A DNA stretch of 63,974 nt, counting the filler. It is 10 parts of 10 records of this genome, joined end to end, with 100 filler letters (N's around TTAATTAATTAA, not from the genome) between each part and the next. Parts side by side here need not be neighbours in the genome. Positions count along the whole stretch, not along the records: positions 3,668 to 13,653 come from SRR7504441_160; positions 13,754 to 17,240 come from SRR7504441_162; positions 17,341 to 26,917 come from SRR7504441_163; 7 more parts are not named here. One strand, 5' to 3'. This document shows, piece by piece, positions 12,012-20,384 of this stretch. The translations under genes and the position numbers were made by a program. The notes beneath the pieces were generated by a model. The model was not told the origin of the DNA and did not search any database. It saw nothing but the letters and a program-made list of their open reading frames with translations. Every line of letters begins with the position of its first letter. Position 1 is the first letter of the stretch.

Positions 12012-12156
12012 GAGCTCCCGGGGCGACGGGCTTGTCCAAGGGAGCCGACTGCACTGTCGTTACACCGACCGTTGGACCAAGTATAGATCCGGCAGCGGGC
12101 GCCTTGCCGGGGACACACCTCTTCCAGTCGGCGGGCGGGCCGGGCCTTCTGCGGGC

Positions 12157-13448
12157 ATGAAGGCGCGGATTCGGTCGCACCGTAGGAACAACGGGGCCAG
12201 CAGCGATGGCCGGGTTGACTCTACGGCGGTCACCCGGCGGCCCAGCCGGCGGGCCAAGGCCCAGCCGGCGGCCCCGGCCCAGTCAACAACCCAGATTCTC
12301 TGGCAGCTGGACTGGGCCTCTCTCTGATACTAGTCCGCAACAGCGCCTGCAGATCCCACGATTGACGAGAGTGTGGTCACACGTACCAGAGCTCGTGGTT
12401 GCTTCTGCTGTGCCAGACTTTGTGCCAGCTTTGAAGGTGTTCGTGAAAGAGCACATTCACAGACGTGTCAAAATGGTTTGCACGCGTGCTGAGAAAAATC
12501 ATTTTTCAAAAAGTGTACTCGGTTTGTGCTATGCTTTGGTTTCTTTCGGCAATGTTGCTCGAGCATACCGATTTTTGCGACTCTTTTGCTGCCAGAATAA
12601 GGAAAACAAGCTCAAGATCACGAAGTTTTTACCTTCTTTACTGAAGAACGAGAGCGCTTCAGAATGTGCGTGAAGTGAGGGCTCAGGCACACAAAGCTGG
12701 AGGGACAAAACTTGTCGTGCAGCTCATGAGCTCACGACACGCCCTCTCTGATGAGCTATTCTTCTCGTTGCTCGACCTTGGCATTGCTCTGCTGAGTGGC
12801 GGTAATATAAAGGTGACCACTGCTTGCAAGTGTCTAATGGATAGAAAGATGAAGAAATTCAATAGCAGTGCAATGGAAACTTCTTGCACAATCTGCTCAA
12901 TATCTTCAACCACCTTTGAACGTCAGACTTCAATGGGACATGTGTTTCACATCAAAGCTGAGCACAACATGTGGCAATACTGTGCCTTGCTTTGGCACAT
13001 CAGGCTCAAGACAGACACAGAGTACACGGGCGTTGAATCCTATTTGAACGATTGCTGTACCGGTGGCGACCTACGATTCTTCCCTGTGCATCGAGCACTT
13101 TGTCTGGGTGGAGGCAAGCTGTGGGACGACGACATTGCTGATCAAGGAGCTGGCGCTGGTCCGTCTCAAGTCGTGACCCTGGAAGAAATCCAATCAGATC
13201 TTGCTTCTTTGAAGGCGTCCGTTGCGAAACTGACTAAGAGTATTGCACCACCACCGCCACCGGACACCAAAGAGGTGCTGTCTCCCAAACACGCACTGGC
13301 TAGTGAAGGCCACAAGCGGTCGGTCGATGTGAAAGCAGGCGCTGGTTCAGGCGCGAACAATACCAAGTTGAGCACCGTGTCTGAGAATAGCGAAGTAACG
13401 GTGCCAGCCATTGGCAAAGACGCAAAAGACGAAGAGGGCAAAAGTTAA
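12157..13448 (+). pseudogene. ITPR: Inositol 1,4,5-trisphosphate receptor, present only as in-order fragments; channel domain absent
   Basis: Blocks PRLTRVWSHVP, EKNHFSKSVLGLCYALVSFG, AYRFLRLFCCQNKEN, ELFFSLLDLGIALLSGGN and C-terminal CTIC...HIKAEHNMWQY...TEYTGVESY...FFPVHRALCL. These lie hundreds of residues apart in full-length IP3Rs but are adjacent here, with a frame break. Confidence 0.8.
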
Positions 13449-13653
13449 ATCTTTGAGATAATCATATTTATAAAAAAGCACTTTGCTTGTCCAAATAGTA
13501 CGACTTTATAGATATATAGGCCAGGACCGCACTCAGTTGTCCTCACCGGACCGCCTAACGTAGAGTTTTCACGATTTGACCGCAACAAGTCGTGACAGTG
13601 AGAGACCCGGTGCTATTGACCGGCGACCAGCACCACTTGGCCCAGCCCGAACC

Positions 13654-13753
13654 NNNNNNNNNNNNNNNNNNNNNNNNNNNNNNNNNNNNNNNNNNNNTTA
13701 ATTAATTAANNNNNNNNNNNNNNNNNNNNNNNNNNNNNNNNNNNNNNNNNNNN
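13654..13753. other. Artificial contig linker
   Basis: 44N-TTAATTAATTAA-44N. Confidence 0.99.
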
Positions 13754-14170
13754 AGCGCCCCGCCCGCTGAGGAAGCCGCCGCCGCCCCCGATCCGCCCGC
13801 CGAGCCGGCCGCGGCCGAGGAGGCCCCGAAGGCCGAAGAGGAAGCGGCTGCCGAACCGGTGGAAGCGCCAGCGGCAGAGGAGGCCCCCGCGCCTGAGGAG
13901 GCGCCAGCGGCAGAGGAGGCTCCGGCGACCGAGGAGTCCGCCCCCGCACCTGAGGAGGCATCATCGGCGGAGGAGGCCCCGGCGGCCGAGGAGCCTACCC
14001 CGGCGGCCGAGGAGACCGGATCAGCAGAGGAGCCCCCGGCAGAGGAGTCGGCTCCTACGGCGGAGGAACTGCCAGCTGATGAGGAGGCGGCGGCCGATGA
14101 AGAGGCTGCGGCGGAGGCGGCGGCGACGGGGGAAGAAGCCCCTGCGCCGGAGGAGGCGGCGGTTGATGAG
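13754..14170 (+). repeat. Coding low-complexity repeat, (E)EAPAA(P/E)E-type units
   Basis: Translation EAPAAEEAPAPEEAPAAEEAPATEE... Confidence 0.85.
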
Positions 14171-15160
14171 ACCGGGGAGTGCTCGCTGTGTTTTGTGATC
14201 ATGCCAGAGGGCTATGCGCACGAGATGGAGGCGGACGTCTCCGACACGTGGGGCCAGCTCAAGCTTAGGATCCAGAAGGACCTGGAGCTCGCACCGGAGC
14301 ACGTTACGCTCAAGCTCACAGGCCGCACGCTCCCGGTGCGCTCACCCGCTGACTGGGCTCACTGTCTGGCAGGAACAAGAGACCCTGGCGCAGGCCGGGA
14401 TCGTGGCCGGGGGCAAGTCGACCATCGAGCTTCGGATCAACGTGCTCGTGAGCGAGCACCCGGCGGCCGTCTCGAGCGGGCTGCCTTCTGTGCTCAAAGT
14501 GGTGGTTTCGCATGGGCTCGGGGCTGAGCCAGGCACCTACTTAGTCGAGATCGACAACGAGGCCGAAGGCAAGCCCAAGCCGTTCCTGGGCGGGTTCAAC
14601 TCGGTCTCCTCCGGGAGCGAGTATCACCACGCCAGCACCAACACAATTCTGCCTCCCAACCCTGAGTTGCTCAGGCCGCCCCGCAACACTCGCGACGCTC
14701 AGACCACTGTGGTCCGCCGGTCATGTCCGACGGCTCGCTCAAGAGCGTTGACACCCCGTTCACGATCCGGGCACGCGAGTTGATGGAGCTTTACCGGGGG
14801 CTGGCGGCCTCGAGCGGGGCCATGACAGTGGATGAGCGGCTGGACGTGCTGCTCCACGTCAAGTGGACGGTCAAGGAGTTTGACTGCAAGCTCTCGCGCG
14901 ACCTTGTCGACTTGATCGACCGTGAAGCCGACATGATCAACAGGGGACGGCCAGAGGCCAGCCTGGCTGGACTGCGCAAGCGGATTCAGAACTTGTTCTT
15001 GCATTTTATAGAGACCCCGGAGTTCAACCCGGAAGCCGCCAAACTGGAGAAGGTGTGCCGCCCGCTGCGGCAGGAGTGAGTGGCTGGGCAGGTCCAACGC
15101 GATTTTAATTCGAGGCCGTACATTAAGCCGATCGTTAATGATTTCCAGGGTGCGCGATGA
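13754..15160 (+). CDS. IQUB: IQ and ubiquitin-like domain protein (IQUB/FAP253, flagellar) with Ala/Glu/Pro-rich N-terminus; 5' truncated; central region missing
   Basis: Ubiquitin-like segment, then KPFLGGF...EYHHASTNT and TRDAQT, followed directly and out of frame by VDTPFTIRARELMELY...ERLDVLLHVKWTVKEFDCKLSRDLVDLIDREAD...FIETPEFNPEAAK. Confidence 0.85.
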
Positions 15161-15431
15161 GCCCATTCCGCCACGGGAATCTCACTACTTGGCTGCTAAT
15201 CAAGCAAGAGTAAACTTAGGTACACGCGTGCAGGTTGCGTGCAGGCCATGCTAAACACCATAATACTACTCGTCTCGAGTAATAGACTGCATAGCTAAGT
15301 TGCAAAAGTGTATTCAAATTTATTGGTATATTGTGTAGTAGTATCCTTTATTGTTGTGAGCAATACAATCATACAATCTTGAATGTTAAAAAGCTTACCG
15401 TACTCGTGCGGTTGCACGGTTGTCCTAAACT

Positions 15432-16224
15432 TCAGGTCTTGTCGCTTGGGTGGAGTTGATCGCTCGCCTCTAGTTTCACCCTCTTTTGAGGACCCTCGTC
15501 ACCAGCCCTCGCTCGCTTCGAGCTCCTGTCCGACCTTGGGCCGCCGCGCGTCGCATTCCGTTGCTCCCAGCACTGCTCGATCGCCGCCGCCACCCGCTGC
15601 CCCCCGATCACACCGCCTGCCGCGCCAGCCTGGCGCCTGCCGCATCCGGCCATTGTGTCCGGCCCGCCGCTCCATCTCGGCCAGCTCGTCCTGCCCCCGC
15701 TCGACCGGCCCGGCCCGGCCCGCACCGTGCTGAGTCGGCTGAGCAGCTCCTGCCGGTGCTGCCCCAGGTGCGCTTCGAACCCTGACGTCCCGCTGCCCAG
15801 CTGCCCGGCCTGAGCTGAGCCCGGGCCCGAGCCACCTGCTCTGTGAAGAAGCACAGCGGGCAGACCAGGCAGCTGGCGGCCGGGTCTCCGTGCCCGGGCA
15901 CCCGCCTACTGGCCACCGCCACCGGCACCCACCCCTCCGGCGGGCCAATCTCCTCGGGCTCCGGCGGCGGCACCGGCTTGCGCTCGGGCTTGGCCCTCGG
16001 CTCGGCCATCCCGCGCAGCTGCAACTCGAACGGAGTGCGGGTGGGGCCGGCCGCCAGCGCGCTCAGCAGGGCGGGCGCCTGGGCCAGCAACGCCTCCGGC
16101 CCGACCGCCGCCCGCTGCCCGTAGCTCGGCCCGGCCCGGCCCGGCCGCCCACCTCGAGCACCTCGCCCAGCCCGAGCTCGCCCGGATCGGCCGCCTCCCG
16201 GACCACCGCCAGCGCCGCCTCCAT
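15432..16224 (-). CDS. Hypothetical protein with a possible C2H2-like zinc finger; multi-exon
   Basis: ATG at 16224 (MEAALAVVREAAD). CPLC...GFEAHLGQH appears after removing a 35-nt GT-AG intron. Confidence 0.5.
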
Positions 16225-16274
16225 CGGGCCGGCGGGGGCTGTGTTGGACCGGGTGCACCAGTCCTCCGGGGAGG

Positions 16275-16928
16275 ATGGTGCTGGTGCTGGGGGAGTCGGT
16301 GTTGGAGGAGGTGGAGGGCGGGCTGTCGTTCGACCTGGCGGTGCGGGCGGTGGGCCCGTCCGGCCGATCGGCCGAGCTGGCGGTCCGGCCGTCGATCACT
16401 GGCCGCGAGCTCGCCGACCGGCTGCCCGAGCTACTGGGGCTGGAGCCGCCGCTCGAGCTGGTGCTGGCCGAGAACGGCAGCCTGAGCCGGCCGGGCCGGG
16501 TGGCGGTGCTCGAGCCGGAGGCCAGTCTTGCCGGGCTGGCCGGCACCTTCGGCTCGCCGCTGCTTCTGGCGGCCCCGGCGGGCGGCCAGCTGGTGCGGGT
16601 GCGGGTGCGGCTGCGGCTCGAGCCGGAGGACCGGACAATCGAGCTGCCGTTTTGGCTGGAGAGGCCGGTGGGGCTGCTGGTGCAGCTGGTCGGGTGCGCG
16701 CTCGGGCTGGTCGAAGATGAGCCGGGTGTTGATGGAGCCGGGCCGGGGCTCGAGCTGAGCATCGGGGCGGAGGGGCCGGTGCTGGAGCAGGCCCGGCCGC
16801 TGGGCGAGCTGTGGAGCGCGGACGAGCAGCCAGAGCTCGAGTGCCGGCTGCTGGAGGGCGGGGCGGCGCAAGAGAAGGTGAGACAGTACGAGCGGCGAGT
16901 CCAGTGGGAGTTTCACGACGATTGCTGA
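16275..16928 (+). CDS. Hypothetical protein (possible ubiquitin-like folds)
   Basis: 217-aa ATG ORF with strong GC3 bias, divergent from the previous gene. Confidence 0.6.
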   Translation: MVLVLGESVLEEVEGGLSFDLAVRAVGPSGRSAELAVRPSITGRELADRLPELLGLEPPLELVLAENGSLSRPGRVAVLEPEASLAGLAGTFGSPLLLAAPAGGQLVRVRVRLRLEPEDRTIELPFWLERPVGLLVQLVGCALGLVEDEPGVDGAGPGLELSIGAEGPVLEQARPLGELWSADEQPELECRLLEGGAAQEKVRQYERRVQWEFHDDC

Positions 16929-17240
16929 GTCGTTCAGTGCAAGTTTCACGACGATTTCTGAGTCTTGCATATAGGTTGTTTGGTTTTTGTTAGTAAAGTC
17001 GACGTGGCAGAACCTAACTGAGATAGCACTTTAAATAATCAACAAGTCGTTGGTCGCTATTCTCTTAAAAGCCACTTAATTAAGCTTACAACTGAGCACA
17101 AACTAAGGTTTGCACCCGGAAACTTCCGGTCAGGACGCCCAATCGTCAATCTAGCCGCCTCAGCACGCAGCACAGTCGGTCGGCTCTGCACTGGCGGCCG
17201 GCCGAGTGACGCACCAGCGGCAGCACCAGCGGCAGCACCA

Positions 17241-17340
17241 NNNNNNNNNNNNNNNNNNNNNNNNNNNNNNNNNNNNNNNNNNNNTTAATTAATTAANNNN
17301 NNNNNNNNNNNNNNNNNNNNNNNNNNNNNNNNNNNNNNNN
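17241..17340. other. Artificial contig linker
   Basis: 44N-TTAATTAATTAA-44N. Confidence 0.99.
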
Positions 17341-17495
17341 GCTTGGATGGAAAAGCTCCTTGTTGTCACCAGCAGGTCCCTCGTGCGAGAAGTCGCACAT
17401 GTCGCCTTTTAGGCAGTGTCCAGCCTTGTGAAAACGGCAGGGTATTCCAGCAACGTTGCGTCTGGGCTCAGGCAGGGTGACTCGGGACCAACTGC
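17341..17495 (-). CDS. Fragment of a CCCH zinc-finger protein (no 5' or 3' end)
   Basis: Minus-strand reading IPCRFHKAGHCLKGDMCDFSHEGP (C-x7-C-x5-C-x3-H). Confidence 0.7.
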
Positions 17496-18278
17496 CTTGG
17501 CACCGTTCAAAAGACCGGATATTTGATGATGCTTACAATGACACCATACATTCTGATTCAGGCGGCAGCTTTCGGATACGGGTGCTACCATGACAAGGAG
17601 GTATGTGGCGGCGAGGGCCAGTTTGCGTACGTTGGAATGGGCATCTGCTTTTTCTTCTTTGTGGCCTACCTCGTGTACCAGATCCGAGACTCAGAGAACG
17701 AGCGCACCAAAGACATGCTGTACACAGTGAAGCAGAAAATGATTGACCGTGGCAGCAGCATCTGGAAGGTGTACGCTCATGAGCTCGATCAATTGTGCGA
17801 GGATCCGCGACTCAGGGAGGTGCTCAAGGACGAGCATATTCTGCTCTTCTCAGACCCCATGTGTGGTGTCCTCAACGAGCTTGGCTCTCGAACAGGCATC
17901 CCAGCCTTTTTTATATCATTTGTGGTGGCACCCCTGGCATCTAATGGCTCTGAGATTCTGGCTGCCTACAACTTTGCATCCAAAAAGACGAAACAATCTG
18001 TATCGGTGTCTTTCAACACTCTGCTTGGTGCAGCGTGCATGAACAACACATTCTGTCTTGGCATCTTCATGGCAATCATTGCTTTTTCAGACAAGTCCAA
18101 GGGGATCTACTGGGAGTTTGCTGCTGAGACCATTGTTATCATCCTGGCCGAGATTGTGTTGTTCTATTTTGCAATGAAGAGCTGCCATCGATTGCGCGAT
18201 GCTTACATCGTGTTCTCCGTGTACCCACTCACAATTGCAATCACAGCCATTCTCAAGTATGGAGTAAAACTCAACTAA
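17496..18278 (+). CDS. NCL/EF-CAX-type Na+(H+)/Ca2+ exchanger, C-terminal portion; N-terminus and central EF-hand loop missing
   Basis: MMLTMTPYILIQ, FVAYLVYQ, LLFSDPMCGVLNELGSRTGIPAFFISFVVAPLASNGSE, KKTKQSVSVSFNTLLGAACMNNTFCLGIF and WEFAAET. Confidence 0.82.
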   Translation, partial: LGTVQKTGYLMMLTMTPYILIQAAAFGYGCYHDKEVCGGEGQFAYVGMGICFFFFVAYLVYQIRDSENERTKDMLYTVKQKMIDRGSSIWKVYAHELDQLCEDPRLREVLKDEHILLFSDPMCGVLNELGSRTGIPAFFISFVVAPLASNGSEILAAYNFASKKTKQSVSVSFNTLLGAACMNNTFCLGIFMAIIAFSDKSKGIYWEFAAETIVIILAEIVLFYFAMKSCHRLRDAYIVFSVYPLTIAITAILKYGVKLN

Positions 18279-18526
18279 GGCTATCTAGATTGGAGCTTGA
18301 ACAAATCGACTACTACGAGCCTCGTGTAGTTGTTACATAGTTGTAATTTTGCAATCATTTAATTTTGAATAAATTAAACACAAATCCTTTATATTAGGTA
18401 CCATCTAGTTCTTAACATTACTCCGTACAAGCCATTCACTATACTTGTTCGTTCGATGCTGGGCACCTTTATTCAATAGTCTGATCTGGTTAGATCTGGT
18501 TCACAACCTCCAGTCCAGTGGCGAGA

Positions 18527-20233
18527 TCAAGGCGATTGCTCAACAGCTAATCGAAGACCGCTTGCAAGTGCTTCGTTAGTGGGGTCCAACAGAAGCCCCT
18601 CATTATAAGCATCTATGCTGGCTTGCCAGTCTCCGCTGGCTAATAAGCTTGCTCCAAGACGACTATATCCTTTGGCCCAATCTGGAGCCAGCTTCACACA
18701 ATCCTTAGCATCTGACAAGGCCAAGTCATGAGCTGTCAGTCCAAGAGCAGCTGCAGAGCGATTGGACTTCAATTTTGCGGCCTCCAGAGGATCCTCGGGC
18801 ATCTGCTCCATGGCAAGCGTATACAACCCTGCCGCCTCCGCGTACCATTTCTTACCAAAGGCTTTGTTTCCTTTAGCCTTAGCCTGGACAGAGTCTACAG
18901 TGGCGGCGGCCGCCTTCCCTCGGGTTAGTGCCTCAGAGCGAGCCTTCCGAAGAGCCGACTTGAGCAGTGGATCGGTCGGGTCGCAGCTGAGCGCCGATTC
19001 GTACGCCTGCAGCGCCTGTTTGGTGCTCCCCTGAGCCATCAACACAGCGCCACGTCGAGTATGTCCCTTGGCCCATTGTGGCAGCCTCTGCACGCAAGCT
19101 TGGGCGTCTCTAAGCGCTGCATCCAGTGCACCCAGCCCCAGACTGGCGGCGCTTCGGTTGGAGAGAAGTTTGGCCTGGTGTTCCGGGCCGATCGCTCCGC
19201 GCTGGCCCTGCTCGAGCGCCAGCGTGTACCAGCCCCAGGCAGCTGCGAACCGCTTGCTTGTGAATGCCTCGTTCCCTCGACTCTTTGTCGCCTCTGTTGC
19301 TGAGCTCGTAGCCGACCTATCAGCCGCGGCCTGCCCGGCCCTGGCCTCGGCCAATCTGGGCCCTTCGAGCATACCGGCCAGTCCGTTGGTCTCGAGCTGC
19401 AGCAGCCCATTCCGCAGGAGGTCAACGCACCGCCAGATGTCGAACGCCTCTTCAAACCTCGCCTGCTGCTGCTCGTACCGCACTGCGCCGTGCTGCTCCC
19501 AGTCAAACTCCCTCCCCCAGTACTGCAGCGCAGCCCGCAGCAGGCTCCCGGCCGAGTGCGGATCGGCTGCCTTCCCCAGCGCGACCGCGACCATCACGTA
19601 CAGTTTGAAGCTCCCAATCCCGCCGGTCCAGGTCTTGTGAGCCTCGTGCTGCCAGAGCAATGTCTTGAGCGCCAGCACCACCGGCCGGAAGCTGCGCGGG
19701 TACTTCCTGACCAGCTCTTTGGGGAACTCCGACCCGCCGGCCCCAAAGCAGATGTCGGCCTCGGCCCCGCTCGTGTGCCGCACCGTGGTGATGGGCACCC
19801 GTGCCGTTGGGAGCGCCTTGACCTGATCGGCCCACGGCGCCCGGCGGAGCTCCTTGGCCAGCCAGGTGGCCGCCTCCCCCGCGCCCGGGACAGCCTGCCC
19901 CTGCAGGCTTAGGTCCAGATCTGAGAAGAAGCCGGCCAGTCCGAGCGGCCCCGACCCGTACCCGCGGAGCGTGCTGCCCGGCCAGACCGCCCCGCACACG
20001 CTGCGCAGCTCCCGGGCGAGCTCGGCGCGGGCGGCGGTCTCCTGGGCGTTCGGCTGCACCCAGTCCGCAAAGCAGCCCAGCTCGCTCTCTAGTGAGCCGT
20101 CCCCGGCCGGCCAGGGCGCTGCGGCTCCGGGCGGAGCGGGCGGGCCGGACGGTCGCTTGTCGATATCGTGGAACGGGTCCCACCGCTTCCGCTTCCGCTC
20201 GCCGTGCCCCGGCCGCTGCTCACTGGAGCTCAT
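18527..20233 (-). CDS. TRF4/TENT4-like non-canonical poly(A) polymerase fused to two TPR modules; intronless
   Basis: YGS...SDLDL nucleotidyltransferase motif, TARVPI...EADICFG and WTGGIGSFKLYVM. Then two TPR triplets (KSRGNEAF...SNRSAA...WAKGHTRRG; KAKGNKAF...SNRSAA...WAKGYSRLG). Confidence 0.88.
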   Translation of the reverse strand: MSSSEQRPGHGERKRKRWDPFHDIDKRPSGPPAPPGAAAPWPAGDGSLESELGCFADWVQPNAQETAARAELARELRSVCGAVWPGSTLRGYGSGPLGLAGFFSDLDLSLQGQAVPGAGEAATWLAKELRRAPWADQVKALPTARVPITTVRHTSGAEADICFGAGGSEFPKELVRKYPRSFRPVVLALKTLLWQHEAHKTWTGGIGSFKLYVMVAVALGKAADPHSAGSLLRAALQYWGREFDWEQHGAVRYEQQQARFEEAFDIWRCVDLLRNGLLQLETNGLAGMLEGPRLAEARAGQAAADRSATSSATEATKSRGNEAFTSKRFAAAWGWYTLALEQGQRGAIGPEHQAKLLSNRSAASLGLGALDAALRDAQACVQRLPQWAKGHTRRGAVLMAQGSTKQALQAYESALSCDPTDPLLKSALRKARSEALTRGKAAAATVDSVQAKAKGNKAFGKKWYAEAAGLYTLAMEQMPEDPLEAAKLKSNRSAAALGLTAHDLALSDAKDCVKLAPDWAKGYSRLGASLLASGDWQASIDAYNEGLLLDPTNEALASGLRLAVEQSP

Positions 20234-20384
20234 CTGGCTGCGGAAGGCAGGGCGTGCTTTTCCGTTATTTTTGCCGTTGAGGAGCCAGCAACCAGTGCAG
20301 GGCAGTGCGCACCAGAAGAGGCCGTGCAGGGACGCGGTCGCAGGTCTGGAGGTGCAGGCCGCAGCTCGAGCGCTGTGCAGGCCG

